From the NCBI GenBank assembly GCA_017455015.1, contig JAFTBW010000073.1:1-61717 (forward strand): a DNA stretch of 61,717 bases, written 5' to 3'. Shown here in pieces: positions 1 to 9,252 of this stretch. The stretch's first letter is position 1; each line of letters starts with the position of its first letter. The notes below the pieces were generated by a model, which was not told the DNA's origin, did not search any database, and was given only the letters and a program-made list of their open reading frames with translations. This DNA comes from Oscillospiraceae bacterium. GTDB lineage: Bacteria; Bacillota; Clostridia; Oscillospirales; Oscillospiraceae. The position numbers were made by a program, and so were the translations under genes.

Positions 1-136
1 CACGCTTGACGGCAAATTTTGCGCCCGCCTGCGTTGCAAAAACCTTGAAATACACAAAGTATTCCTGCGGTTTTTGCGCCTTGGCGGACACAAAATTTGC
101 TCGCCAATCGCACGCGTTGATTTCATCAGCGTTTCC
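1..136 (-). repeat. Family-1 long-hairpin intergenic repeat, copy A (outer part cut by window edge)
   Basis: The reverse complement aligns almost base-for-base with copies 51389-51554, 55298-55461 and 57124-57286. It contains the core GCAGGAATACTTTGTGTATTTCAAGG. Its extended end CCATTTAA supplies the last codon and stop of the adjacent CDS. Confidence 0.85.
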
Positions 137-1159
137 TTAAATGGATGCTTTGGAGGCCTCCAGCGCCGCGATGACGCGGTCGCACCAGGCGTCGAAGTCC
201 GGGTCCGGTACGCGGCACTCCGGGTGGGCCAGGATGTAGTCCAGGGCGATACGGACCCCCTTGTGGAAGGGCACTGTGGTTGCCATCTGAGGGACGAGCC
301 GTTTCAGCTTGCGGTTGTCAAACACCACGGAGACGGCCTTGTCGCCCAGCAGGCTCCCGGCGAAGTCGTAGCCGTATTTTTCCCCCGCCGCCGCCAGATA
401 GTCGGAGGATACGTGGTATGGACGAAGCGTCACGCCCAGAGCGTCCGCGATCGTGGCGTAGATCTGATCCCAGGTCAGGGTCTCGTCTCCGGTGATCTGG
501 AACGCCTCCCCGATGGCGTGCCGGTTGCCCATCAGCCCCGCATACCCGGTGGCGAAATCCTCATTATATGTCACGGTCCAGAGACTGCTGCCATCCCCCT
601 GGATCAGCACGGGTTTGCCGTCCAGCATCCGCTGCAGCACCTGCCAGAAGCCCTTTTCGCCGTGAAGTCCGGTGGGCACATGGCGCTCGTCATAGGTGTG
701 GCTGGGCCGCACAACGGTCACGGGGAAGCCGTCCTCCCGGTACTTCTCCATCAGAAAGCTCTCGCAGGCCAGCTTGTCCCGGGAGTACTGCCAGTAGGGG
801 TTGGCAAGACCGGTTCCCTCGTTCACCAGATAGTCCGGCGTCGGCTTGTGATAGGCCGAGGCGGAGCTGGTAAAGAGATACTGGGCGGTCCTGCCCCGGA
901 ACAGCCGCCAGTCCCGCTCCACGTCCTCCACGCGGTAGCCGATAAACTCGCAGACCGCGTCAAAGCGCGCATCGCCCAGCTTCTCCCGGACCTCCGCCTC
1001 ATTGCGGATGTCCGCGGTGACGGTCCGCACGTTCTCCGGCAGCGCCTCCGGACGGTTCCCCCGGTTCAGGACCCAGACCTCCCACCGGCCCTCCCCGGCC
1101 AGGCGGCGCACGATGGCGGAGCTGATGGTCCCCGTTCCTCCGATAAAGAGCGCTCTCAT
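137..1159 (-). CDS. NAD-dependent epimerase/dehydratase family (SDR) protein
   Basis: 340-aa ORF with the N-terminal Rossmann motif FIGGTGTISSAIVRRL. The final codons ATT TAA lie in the extension of the family-1 repeat terminus. Confidence 0.8.
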   Translation of the reverse strand: MRALFIGGTGTISSAIVRRLAGEGRWEVWVLNRGNRPEALPENVRTVTADIRNEAEVREKLGDARFDAVCEFIGYRVEDVERDWRLFRGRTAQYLFTSSASAYHKPTPDYLVNEGTGLANPYWQYSRDKLACESFLMEKYREDGFPVTVVRPSHTYDERHVPTGLHGEKGFWQVLQRMLDGKPVLIQGDGSSLWTVTYNEDFATGYAGLMGNRHAIGEAFQITGDETLTWDQIYATIADALGVTLRPYHVSSDYLAAAGEKYGYDFAGSLLGDKAVSVVFDNRKLKRLVPQMATTVPFHKGVRIALDYILAHPECRVPDPDFDAWCDRVIAALEASKASI

Positions 1160-1169
1160 CCCGCTGCCC

Positions 1170-1577
1170 TCACAGTCTCTTTTTGATGGTCAGGATATTC
1201 TTGCCGTCCCGGTATTCGTATTGGACGGCGTCCATGGACTTCTTCACGATATACACCCCCAGCCCGCCGGCTTTTCGCTCGTCCAGCGCCAGGGTCACGT
1301 CCGGGTCCTCTGCGGCCAGGGGGTCGTAGGGCGTACCGCTGTCCAGAAAGCGGATGACGGCGGCCAGGGGCTCCTGTTCGGCCTCCACCTGCACAGTGGC
1401 GCTGCCGGAGCCGCCACCGTAGGCATAATAGGCGATGTTGCTGAACAGCTCGTCGATGGCCACGTCGATCTGGACCTGGGCTTTCATGGGGCAGCCCAGT
1501 TCCTCCAACTGCTCATTGACAAAATCCGTGACGGCGGGAACGTTTTCAATGGCGGCTTCCACGGTGATCTCTTTCAT
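1170..1577 (-). CDS. Anti-sigma regulatory factor-like ATPase (SpoIIAB/RsbW-type HATPase domain)
   Basis: Start trimmed to MKEITVEAA (ATG ending at 1577), preceded by a GGGAGG RBS; 135 aa. Has a [11 protein letters not shown]-box-like motif. The remaining 5' part of the 214-aa track ORF has no RBS and overlaps the prfA promoter region. Confidence 0.65.
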   Translation of the reverse strand: MKEITVEAAIENVPAVTDFVNEQLEELGCPMKAQVQIDVAIDELFSNIAYYAYGGGSGSATVQVEAEQEPLAAVIRFLDSGTPYDPLAAEDPDVTLALDERKAGGLGVYIVKKSMDAVQYEYRDGKNILTIKKRL

Positions 1578-1662
1578 GCGCAGGCCTCCCTTGTCGGTGA
1601 TGCTGTTATTATATGCGTTTTTCTCCCGCATTTCAAGAATGTTTCCGGTTTTTTCCCGGCGG

Positions 1663-1691
1663 TTTACAAAGCCGGCAGAATATGGTATACT
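1663..1691 (+). promoter_or_regulatory. Candidate sigma-A promoter of prfA
   Basis: TTTACA, 17-nt spacer, TATACT, about 70 nt upstream of the prfA ATG. Confidence 0.45.
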
Positions 1692-1761
1692 CCGGGATAG
1701 ACGCAATATGCCATTTACAGAACGAAAACGGCAAAACCGGACGTACACGGGAGAGGGGCCT

Positions 1762-2829
1762 ATGCTGGAAAAGCTGAAAGGGATCGAGGAAAAATACGCC
1801 CTCCTGCGGGCCAAGATGGACGCGCCGGAGATCTACAGCGACCCGGCCGCCTACGCCGCGCTGGCGCGGGAGGAGCGGGAGCTGGCGCCGCTGGCCGAAC
1901 AGTGCGCGCGCCTGCGCGCCCTGCGCCGGGACGAGGCGGAGGCGCAGGAGCTGCTGGGCGACCCCGAGCTGCGGGAGCTGGCCCAGGCGGAGCTGGAGGC
2001 CGCCAGGGCGGGCATCGCGGAGACGGAGCGTGCGCTGCGGCTGCTGTTGCTCCCGAAAGACCCCAACGACGGCAAAAATGTGATCCTGGAGATCCGGGCG
2101 GGCATCGGCGGCGAGGAGGCTGCGCTGTTCGCCAGGGACCTGTACCGGATGTACGCCATGTACGCGGAAAAGCGGGGCTGGGAGCTGGAGCTTGTGAACG
2201 TCAACGAGACGGACCTGGGCGGCTTCAAGGAGCTTTGCTGCATGATCCGGGGACAGGGGGCATATTCCCGGCTGAAATATGAGGCCGGGGGCCACTGCGT
2301 CAAGCGGGTGCCGGAGACCGAGGCCAGCGGCAGAATCCAGACCTCCACCGCCACGGTGGCGGTGCTGCCGGAGATCGGGGAGGTGGAGTTCTCCCTGGAC
2401 CCGGCGGAACTGAAGATCGACACGTTCCGCTCCTCCGGCGCGGGGGGGCAGAAGGTGAACAAGACTGAGAGCGCCATCCGGGTCACCCACCTCCCCACCG
2501 GAACGGTGGTGGAGTGCCAGGACGAGCGCAGCCAGTACAAAAACAAGGACCGCGCCCTGGCCATTCTGCGCTCCCGGCTCTATGAGCGGGAGCAGCAGCG
2601 GCAGGGCGCGGCGGTGGCCGCATGGCGGAAAAGCCAGGTGGGCACCGGGGAGCGAAGCGAGAAGATACGGACCTATTTCTTTCTCCGCAGCCAGGTGGTG
2701 GACAACCGGCTGAGCGGGGACGAGCGCGCTTTCCGGCTGGACACCGTGCTCAACGGGGGCCTGGACGGCCTGATCGACGCCCTCACCCTTGCGGATCAGA
2801 CAGAGCGATTGAAAGGGGAGAGGGAATGA
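1762..2829 (+). CDS. prfA: Peptide chain release factor 1
   Basis: 355 aa starting [10 protein letters not shown]. Has the GGQ motif ([14 protein letters not shown]) and an RF1-type P-x-T tripeptide (PET). The 5' extension in the ORF track is not supported. Confidence 0.95.
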   Translation: MLEKLKGIEEKYALLRAKMDAPEIYSDPAAYAALAREERELAPLAEQCARLRALRRDEAEAQELLGDPELRELAQAELEAARAGIAETERALRLLLLPKDPNDGKNVILEIRAGIGGEEAALFARDLYRMYAMYAEKRGWELELVNVNETDLGGFKELCCMIRGQGAYSRLKYEAGGHCVKRVPETEASGRIQTSTATVAVLPEIGEVEFSLDPAELKIDTFRSSGAGGQKVNKTESAIRVTHLPTGTVVECQDERSQYKNKDRALAILRSRLYEREQQRQGAAVAAWRKSQVGTGERSEKIRTYFFLRSQVVDNRLSGDERAFRLDTVLNGGLDGLIDALTLADQTERLKGERE

Positions 2830-4034
2830 AAACAGAGGATCTTACCCGCGATCTGCACCGGGCGGCGGCGGTGCTGCGGCAGGGCGGGCTGGTGGCGGTG
2901 CCCACGGAGACGGTGTACGGTCTGGCGGGCAACGGGCTGGACGGCGCTGCGGTGGACAGGATATACCGGGTAAAGGGCCGGCCGGAGGTAAAGCCTCTGA
3001 GCCTGCTGGTGCCGGACGACTGCTGGCTGGACCGGCTGTGCCGGAACGTGCCCTTGGCGGCGCGGACGCTGGCAAAGCGCTTCTGGCCGGGGCCGCTGAC
3101 CCTGGTGCTGCCCTCCCGGGGCCTGGAGCCGGAGATCGTGCGGGCAGGCGGGAACACGGTGGCACTGCGGTGCCCGGACCACCCGCTGACCCGCTCCCTG
3201 CTGTCCATGGCGGGCGTGCCGCTGGCCGCTCCCTCCGCCAACCCCAGCGGGGAGGCCAGTCCGCGGACGGCGGAGGAGGTGCTGGCATACTTTGACGGGC
3301 GGATTGAGGGGATTGTGGACGGCGGAGAGAGTTCCCTCGGGCGGGAATCCACGATCTTTGACCTGAGCCGCACCCCCTACCGGGTCCTGCGGGCCGGAGC
3401 GCTGCCGGAGGCGGAGATCCTGGCCGCGCTGCGGGCCGGGCTGACCCTGGTGGGCATCACCGGCGGCAGCGGCTGCGGCAAGACCACCGCCCTGCGCACC
3501 CTGGAAAAGCGGGGCGCGCTGATCCTGGACGCAGACAGCATCTACCACGAGCTGACCCGCTGCAGCGGCGAACTGAGAGGGGAGCTGACGGAGCGCTTCG
3601 GGGACGTGTACAGCGAAAACGGCCTGGACCGGAAAAAGCTGGCCGGGGTGGTGTTCTCCGACCCGGCGGCGCTGGAGGACCTGAATGGCATCACCCACAA
3701 GTACGTGCTCTCGGAGATCGAACGGCGGCTGACCGAACACGCCCTGGCAGGCGGGACCATCGCCGCCGTGGACGCCGTCGCTCTGATGGAATGCGGTCTC
3801 GGCGCGAAAACCAGCTTCAACGTGGCGGTGACCGCCCCGGCAGAGGACCGGATCACCCGGCTGACCGCCCGGGACGGTATCCCGGCCGAGGCGGCGCGGG
3901 CCAGGATCGGCGCCCAGAAGCCGGAGGCGTTTTACAGAGAAAACTGCGACTTTGTCTTACATAACGACGGCGACCGGGCCTCTTTTGAGACGAAGTGCGA
4001 CGATTTTTTTCAGGAGGTATTACGGGATGTCTGA
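2826..4034 (+). CDS. Fusion: L-threonylcarbamoyladenylate synthase (TsaC/YrdC domain) + dephospho-CoA kinase (CoaE domain)
   Basis: The ATG overlaps the prfA stop (ATGA). Residues 1 to ~205 are YrdC-like ([21 protein letters not shown]). Residues ~207-402 are CoaE-like (P-loop [22 protein letters not shown]). Confidence 0.85.
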   Translation: MKTEDLTRDLHRAAAVLRQGGLVAVPTETVYGLAGNGLDGAAVDRIYRVKGRPEVKPLSLLVPDDCWLDRLCRNVPLAARTLAKRFWPGPLTLVLPSRGLEPEIVRAGGNTVALRCPDHPLTRSLLSMAGVPLAAPSANPSGEASPRTAEEVLAYFDGRIEGIVDGGESSLGRESTIFDLSRTPYRVLRAGALPEAEILAALRAGLTLVGITGGSGCGKTTALRTLEKRGALILDADSIYHELTRCSGELRGELTERFGDVYSENGLDRKKLAGVVFSDPAALEDLNGITHKYVLSEIERRLTEHALAGGTIAAVDAVALMECGLGAKTSFNVAVTAPAEDRITRLTARDGIPAEAARARIGAQKPEAFYRENCDFVLHNDGDRASFETKCDDFFQEVLRDV

Positions 4035-5442
4035 GGAAAAAAAGACAGAGCAGAGTCAGGAGGAGCTTCTCCGCAAGCAGCTCTTTTACGAGCAGAAAAA
4101 CGGCTATGACCGGCTCGACACGGCCGAGCGGCTGGTGCTGGAGGCGTACTGCGAGGACTACAAGCGCTATCTCAGCGCATCCGCGACCGAGCGGGAGGCG
4201 GTGCGCGAGGCGGTGCTTCTGGCCCGGCAGGCGGGCTTTCGGGAGTTTCTCCCCGGCGCGGAAATCGCCCCCGGGGACCGGCTTTACCGCCTGAACCGGG
4301 GCAAGGGCCTGATGCTGGCGGTGGTGGGGCGGCGTCCCCTGAGCCAGGGGGCCACGATCACCGCCGCCCACATCGACTCCCCCAGACTGGATCTGAAGCC
4401 CCTGCCCCTGTTCGAGGACGGGGAGATGGCCTTTTTCAAGACCCACTACTACGGCGGCATCAAGAAATACCAGTGGGTGACCATTCCCATGGAGCTCCAC
4501 GGCACGGTGGCGCTCAAGGACGGCACCAGCGTGGACATCTGCATCGGCAGGGACCCCGACGACCCCCAGTTCACCATCACGGACCTGCTGATCCACCTGG
4601 CCTCGGACCAGATGCAGAAAAAAGCCTCGGAGGCGGTCAAGGGCGAGAGTCTGAATCTGCTGGTGGGCGGCGTCCCCTACGCCGGAGAGGGCAAGGAGCG
4701 GGTGAAGCTGGCGGTGCTGAGCATGCTCTTTGACAGCTACGGCATCACGGAGGAGGACCTGATTTCCGCCGAGCTGGAGGCCGTCCCCGCCCTGGGCGTC
4801 CGGGATGTGGGGCTGGACCGCAGCTTCATCGGCGGCTACGGCCACGACGACCGGGTCTGCGCTTATGCGGAGCTGCGGGCCATCCTGGAGCTGGAGACGC
4901 CGGAGACCACCGCCGTCTGCGTGCTGGCGGACAAGGAGGAGATCGGCTCCGTGGGCGCCACCGGCATGCGCAGCTACGCTTTCGACTGCTTTATGGAGGA
5001 CCTCTGCGAGCCCCAGGGGACCCCCCTGCGCCGCTGCTTTGAAAACAGTCTCTGCGTCTCCGCCGACGTGTGCAACGCCTTTGATCCCCTCTACCCGGAG
5101 GTCAGCGAGAAGCGCAACAACGCCAGGGCCAATTACGGCATCGGCATCTGCAAGTACACCGGCGCCCGGGGCAAATCCGGGGCCAACGACGCGGATGCGG
5201 AGACGCTGGGCAAGCTGCGGGCCATTCTGGACGGCGCCGGGGTGGTCTGGCAGATGGCGGAGCTGGGCAAGGTGGACCAGGGCGGCGGCGGCACCGTTGC
5301 CCAGTTCATGGCGGAGCGGAACATCTCCACCGTGGACGCCGGCGTGCCGGTGCTGAGCATGCACGCCCCCTGGGAGGTGGTGGCCAAGCTGGACTGCTAC
5401 ATGACGGGCAAGGCCATCCGGGCCGTGTACGAGCGCAGTTGA
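4027..5442 (+). CDS. M18-family aminopeptidase
   Basis: 471 aa starting MSEEKKTEQ; overlaps the upstream stop by 8 nt. GHDDRVCAYA and ADKEEIGSVGATG are metal-ligand-type motifs of M18/M42 aminopeptidases. Confidence 0.8.
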   Translation: MSEEKKTEQSQEELLRKQLFYEQKNGYDRLDTAERLVLEAYCEDYKRYLSASATEREAVREAVLLARQAGFREFLPGAEIAPGDRLYRLNRGKGLMLAVVGRRPLSQGATITAAHIDSPRLDLKPLPLFEDGEMAFFKTHYYGGIKKYQWVTIPMELHGTVALKDGTSVDICIGRDPDDPQFTITDLLIHLASDQMQKKASEAVKGESLNLLVGGVPYAGEGKERVKLAVLSMLFDSYGITEEDLISAELEAVPALGVRDVGLDRSFIGGYGHDDRVCAYAELRAILELETPETTAVCVLADKEEIGSVGATGMRSYAFDCFMEDLCEPQGTPLRRCFENSLCVSADVCNAFDPLYPEVSEKRNNARANYGIGICKYTGARGKSGANDADAETLGKLRAILDGAGVVWQMAELGKVDQGGGGTVAQFMAERNISTVDAGVPVLSMHAPWEVVAKLDCYMTGKAIRAVYERS

Positions 5443-5450
5443 CCGGCGGC

Positions 5451-5479
5451 TTGACACCGCGCACAAAACCCGGTATACT
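5451..5479 (+). promoter_or_regulatory. Near-consensus sigma-A promoter of the small gene 5511-5681
   Basis: TTGACA, 17-nt spacer, TATACT, 31 nt upstream of the ATG. Confidence 0.55.
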
Positions 5480-5510
5480 GTTCCAAACCGTTCTAAAGGA
5501 GGTCCATTCC

Positions 5511-5681
5511 ATGAATATGACAGAAAACTCCCGGCTCATGATCGGTCTGCGCGAGAAAGGCTGGAGCGATACGGAGATCGTCAATTTCTGCCTGTGGGTT
5601 GAGACCGGTGATGAAAAGTATCGCCCGAAAGAGGATGCGAAAATCAAAGGAAACGCTGATTCAATCAACGTGTGCGATTGA
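5511..5681 (+). CDS. Small hypothetical protein (56 aa)
   Basis: AAGGAGG RBS 7 nt upstream of the ATG, with its own promoter and a downstream GC hairpin. Sequence MNMTENSRLMIGLREKGWSDTEIVNFCLWVETGDEKYRPKED. The last 11 codons and the stop are encoded by family-1 repeat copy B1. Confidence 0.5.
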   Translation: MNMTENSRLMIGLREKGWSDTEIVNFCLWVETGDEKYRPKEDAKIKGNADSINVCD

Positions 5682-5716
5682 CGAGCAATTTTTGTGTCCG
5701 CCAAGGCGCAAAAAAC
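5646..5716 (+). repeat. Family-1 repeat, copy B1 (left arm only)
   Basis: AAAGGAAACGCTGATTCAATCAACGTGTGCGATTGACGAGCAATTTTTGTGTCCGCCAAGGCGCAAAAAAC matches the left arm. The core loop and right arm are absent and replaced by a GC hairpin. Confidence 0.75.
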
Positions 5717-5752
5717 GCCGCCCGGCTTGATGCCGGGCGGCAAAGCTTTTTC
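5711..5752 (+). terminator. Intrinsic terminator-like hairpin
   Basis: GCCGCCCGGC-ttgat-GCCGGGCGGC is a perfect 10-bp stem, flanked by an A-run upstream and AAAGCTTTTTC downstream. Confidence 0.55.
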
Positions 5753-5784
5753 TCGGGTCATTTTATCTGTGCGCCGTTTTTGCA

Positions 5785-5948
5785 AAGGAAGCGCTGATGA
5801 AATCCGGCGAGAGCAGATGTCGAGCAAATTTTCGCCGGATCAAGGCGCAAAAAGTGCAGGAATACCTTGTGTATTTCAAACTTTTTGCAACGCAGAGCCG
5901 GCGAAAATTTGCCGGCAGATGCCGAAGACGGATGAATCAGCGTTTCCC
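5785..5948 (+). repeat. Family-1 repeat, copy B2 (diverged arms, conserved core)
   Basis: Termini are AAGGAAGCGCTGA ... TCAGCGTTTCCC and the core is GCAGGAATACCTTGTGTATTTCAA. The stem segment AAATTTTCGCCGG / CCGGCGAAAATTT replaces the canonical TTTTGTGTCCGCC / GGCGGGCGCAAAA. Confidence 0.8.
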
Positions 5949-5954
5949 AAAGGC

Positions 5955-6815
5955 TTATCCGGCCTGTGATGCCCTTCGCGCAGCCTCGGCCACATGGGAG
6001 GCCAGCACGCTGGTGGTCATGCCGCCCACGCCGCCGGGGACCGGGGTGTAGGCCCGGACGATGCCCTCCGCCTCCTCCTGAATAAGATCGCCGCAGAGCT
6101 TTCCCTTTGCCTCGTTCCAGCCGATGCCCACGTCCAGCACCACCTGGCCGGGCCGGAGGTATTCCGCGCCGACGCGCTCCATCTGTCCCGTGGCGGCCAC
6201 CAGGATGTCCGCCTCCCGGGCCAGAGCGGCCGCGTCCGGGGTTTTGGTGTGGCAGACCGTCACCGTGGCGTTGGCGTGCAGGAGCAGCATTGCGACGGGG
6301 CGTCCGATCACCAGGGAGCGGCCCAGCACCACCGCCCGCCGCCCCGCGGGGTCCGTGCCGTAATAGCGCAGCAGCTCCATCACCGCCTGGGCGGTGCAAG
6401 GGGGAAAGCCAGTGGGCATGCCCGTGAACACGCCCGCCAGGGAGCCGTCCGTGCAGCCGTCCACGTCCTTTTCCGGGGCAAGCAGCCGTCTTGCCCGCTC
6501 CCCGTCCAGATGCTCAGGCAGGGGGCGCAGCATCAGGATGCCGTGGACCGCGGCGTCCCGGTTCAGGTCCTCCAGGGTCCGGAAAAAGCTGCCGCTGTCC
6601 ACGGTTTCGGGCAGCGTGACGGGCCGGACGGCGATGCCGGTCTGTGCGCAGCGCTTCACCGCTCCCCGCTCATAGCTCAGGTCGCTTTCCCGCTCCCCCA
6701 CCCGGAGGATCGCCAGGGTGGGGACGACGCCCGTTTCCCGCAGCGCAGCCGCAGCAGCAGCGGTCCTTTCGTCCAGCGCAGCCGCCGCCGGCGCGCCCTT
6801 CCACTTCTCCGCCAT
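5955..6815 (-). CDS. folD: Bifunctional methylenetetrahydrofolate dehydrogenase / methenyl-THF cyclohydrolase
   Basis: 286 aa with FolD-like layout (PTLAILRVGERESDLSYERG..., GRSLVIGRPVAMLL, TPVPGGVGGMT). Confidence 0.9.
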   Translation of the reverse strand: MAEKWKGAPAAAALDERTAAAAAALRETGVVPTLAILRVGERESDLSYERGAVKRCAQTGIAVRPVTLPETVDSGSFFRTLEDLNRDAAVHGILMLRPLPEHLDGERARRLLAPEKDVDGCTDGSLAGVFTGMPTGFPPCTAQAVMELLRYYGTDPAGRRAVVLGRSLVIGRPVAMLLLHANATVTVCHTKTPDAAALAREADILVAATGQMERVGAEYLRPGQVVLDVGIGWNEAKGKLCGDLIQEEAEGIVRAYTPVPGGVGGMTTSVLASHVAEAARRASQAG

Positions 6816-6817
6816 CG

Positions 6818-7435
6818 TCAGTCATACCTCCGGTACACGTCCATGAAAATGCGGTCCGCCAGAGCGCCGAACTGCTCCACCCGCTGGTCCACATATTCGT
6901 TCAGCCGTTCGGCGTAGGTCCTGTCCTCCATGAGCTTGGTGTTCACCTTGACGTTCACCGCCGCGCCGTACAGCGCCCCCCGGCAGATGGCCGCCCCGGT
7001 GGCGGCGTCAGAGCGCACCAGGGCGCTGCCCTTGGCGGCGAAGTCGCCCTGCATGGAGATGACCTCACAGCACAGGTCCAGGATCTCCAGCGGCGCCGCC
7101 GCCGCATCCCGGAGGCAGCGCTCCATGATCTCCGGCCGGGCCGGGTCGTCCCCGGGGATGCCGTAGGCCCGGCTCAGCGGCTCAAAGGCCGCGGCGTCCT
7201 TCTCCACGCACTCCAGCAGCCGCTGCCGGAGGGTCTCCGCCCGCACCATCAGCGCCCGGATGTCCCGCTCCACCGCGGCGTATTTTTTTTTGCCCACGGT
7301 CAGCTCTCCCACCATGCTGCCCAGGGCGACGGCCAGGGCTCCGGCCAGGGCGCTGGCGCCCCCGCCGCCGGGAACGGGGGCGGCGGTGGCAAGCTGTCCC
7401 GCGAACTCCGAAATGCTTCGGTTCAGAAAATCCAT
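6818..7435 (-). CDS. fchA: Cyclodeaminase/cyclohydrolase family protein (methenyl-THF cyclohydrolase FchA-like)
   Basis: 205 aa. The N-terminus FAGQLATAAPVPGGGGASALAGALAVALGSMV is typical of the formiminotransferase-cyclodeaminase C-terminal domain family. Confidence 0.8.
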   Translation of the reverse strand: MDFLNRSISEFAGQLATAAPVPGGGGASALAGALAVALGSMVGELTVGKKKYAAVERDIRALMVRAETLRQRLLECVEKDAAAFEPLSRAYGIPGDDPARPEIMERCLRDAAAAPLEILDLCCEVISMQGDFAAKGSALVRSDAATGAAICRGALYGAAVNVKVNTKLMEDRTYAERLNEYVDQRVEQFGALADRIFMDVYRRYD

Positions 7436-7450
7436 GCGTTTTCCCCCTGT

Positions 7451-7575
7451 CCTAACCCGGATAAACCGGAAAAGTGGTCAGTGGTCAGTGGTCAGTGGTT
7501 AGTGATATAGACGGATCACAAACCTCCGGATAAAAAGATTTTGCCATTTTGCGAAATCTTTTGGCCATAAGTGGC
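7451..7575 (-). repeat. Family-3 repeat, copy 3a (contains a 7-nt tandem array)
   Basis: About 95% identical to 40794-40917. Contains GTGGTCA x3 plus GTGGTTA at 7474-7501. Begins directly after the TAG stop of fhs. Confidence 0.85.
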
Positions 7576-9252
7576 CTAAAACAGTCCTGAAATCACGCCG
7601 TTTTCGTCCACGTCGATTTTTTCCGCCGCCGGGACCCTCGGCAGTCCGGGCATGGTCATGATGTCGCCGGTATAGGCCACGATAAAGCCCGCGCCGGCGC
7701 AGACCTTCAGATCGGAAACCTGTACGGTAAAGCCCTCCGGCGCGCCCGGCAGCGCGGGGTCGTCGGAAAAGGAATACTGCGTCTTTGCCATGCAGACGGG
7801 CAGGCCGCCGAAGCCCAGCGCCTCGATCTCCGCCGCCTTTTTCTTCGCCGCCGGCAGCATCAGCAGATGCTTGGCGTGATAGACCCGTTTGGCAATGGCG
7901 CGGATTTTTTCCTCCACCGGCAGGTCCGGCGCGTAGGAGAACGCAAAGTGATTGGGCTGCCCGCAAAGCCGCACGACCTCCTCGGCCAGGGCCGTCCCGC
8001 CCGCGCCGCCTTTCGCCCAGACCTCGCTGAGGACGGCGTTGACGCCCTTTTCCCGGCATTTTTCCTCCACGAGGGCCAGTTCCGCCGCCGTGTCCGTGGG
8101 GAAGGCGTTGACCGCCACCGCGCAGGGCAGGCCGAACACCTCCCGGATGTTCTCCACATGGCGCAGCAGATTGGGCATGCCCCGTTCCAGCGCGTCCAGA
8201 TTCTCCGCGCCCAGTTCCGTCTTGGAAACGCCGCCGTGGTATTTCAGCGCCCGGACCGTGGCGACCACCACTACCGCGGCGGGAGTCAGTCCGGCCATGC
8301 GGCACTTGATGTCAAAAAACTTTTCCGCCCCCAGATCCGCGGCGAAGCCCGCCTCCGTGACGGCGTAGTCCCCCAGCTTGAGCGCCATGCGCGTAGCGGT
8401 GACGGAGTTGCAGCCGTGGGCGATGTTGGCAAAGGGTCCGCCGTGGATGAATGCCGGGGTCCCCTCCAGGGTCTGCACCAGATTGGGCTTGAGGGCGTCC
8501 TTTAAGAGCGCCGCCATGGCCCCCTCTGCCTTCAGGTCGCGGGCGGTCACGGGCTTCCCATCGTAGGTGTAGCCCACGATGATGCGCCCCAGCCGGGCTT
8601 TCAGGTCGGGAATGTCGGAGGCCAGGCACAGCACCGCCATGACCTCGCTGGCCACGGTGATCTCAAAGCCGTCCTCCCGGGGAACGCCCTGCATCCGCCC
8701 GCCCAGGCCGGAGACGATGTTCCGAAGCTGCCGGTCGTTCATATCGACCGCCCGCTTCCAGGTGATGCGTTTGCAGTCGATGCCCAGGGCGTTGCCCTGC
8801 TGGATATGATTGTCCAGCATCGCCGCCAGCAGATTGTTGGCCGCGCCGATGGCGTGGAAGTCCCCGGTGAAGTGGAGGTTGATGTCCTCCATGGGCACGA
8901 CCTGGGCCCTGCCGCCGCCGGCAGCGCCGCCCTTGACGCCGAACACGGGGCCCAGCGACGGCTCCCGCAGGGCAAGCACGGCATTTTTTCCCAGCCGCCG
9001 CAGCCCGTCCGCCAGGCCGACGGAGGTGGTGGTCTTCCCCTCCCCCGCCGGGGTGGGGGTGATGGCGGTGACCAGGATCAGCTTTCCGTCCGGCTTTTCC
9101 GCCATGTCCCGCAGCAGCCGGTAATCCACCTTGGCCTTGTAGCTGCCGTACTGCTCCAGATACGCCTCATCCACGCCGGCCAGCGCGGCGATCTCGGTGA
9201 TCTTCTTCATCCGGCACGCCTGGGCGATTTCGATGTCGGTCAGGTATTCCAT
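7576..9252 (-). CDS. fhs: Formate--tetrahydrofolate ligase
   Basis: 558 aa with P-loop region [25 protein letters not shown]; the start overlaps the psd 3' end. Confidence 0.95.
   Translation of the reverse strand: MEYLTDIEIAQACRMKKITEIAALAGVDEAYLEQYGSYKAKVDYRLLRDMAEKPDGKLILVTAITPTPAGEGKTTTSVGLADGLRRLGKNAVLALREPSLGPVFGVKGGAAGGGRAQVVPMEDINLHFTGDFHAIGAANNLLAAMLDNHIQQGNALGIDCKRITWKRAVDMNDRQLRNIVSGLGGRMQGVPREDGFEITVASEVMAVLCLASDIPDLKARLGRIIVGYTYDGKPVTARDLKAEGAMAALLKDALKPNLVQTLEGTPAFIHGGPFANIAHGCNSVTATRMALKLGDYAVTEAGFAADLGAEKFFDIKCRMAGLTPAAVVVVATVRALKYHGGVSKTELGAENLDALERGMPNLLRHVENIREVFGLPCAVAVNAFPTDTAAELALVEEKCREKGVNAVLSEVWAKGGAGGTALAEEVVRLCGQPNHFAFSYAPDLPVEEKIRAIAKRVYHAKHLLMLPAAKKKAAEIEALGFGGLPVCMAKTQYSFSDDPALPGAPEGFTVQVSDLKVCAGAGFIVAYTGDIMTMPGLPRVPAAEKIDVDENGVISGLF

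Noticed and set aside
74-1186. Recurrent ORF starts MRLGGHKICSPIA... / ...AKAQKPQEYFVYFKVFATQAGAKFA... that might suggest a small multi-copy protein family
   Set aside because: They are translations of the family-1 repeat in several frames and on both strands. The palindromic structure and compensatory arm changes argue for a nucleic-acid-level element, and no RBS or consistent frame is kept between copies.
7474-7508. Tandem GTGGTCA/GTGGTTA units as a possible CRISPR or TALE-like array
   Set aside because: The units are 7 nt with no spacers and there are only 4-5 of them. This is a micro/minisatellite inside the family-3 repeat, not a CRISPR array.
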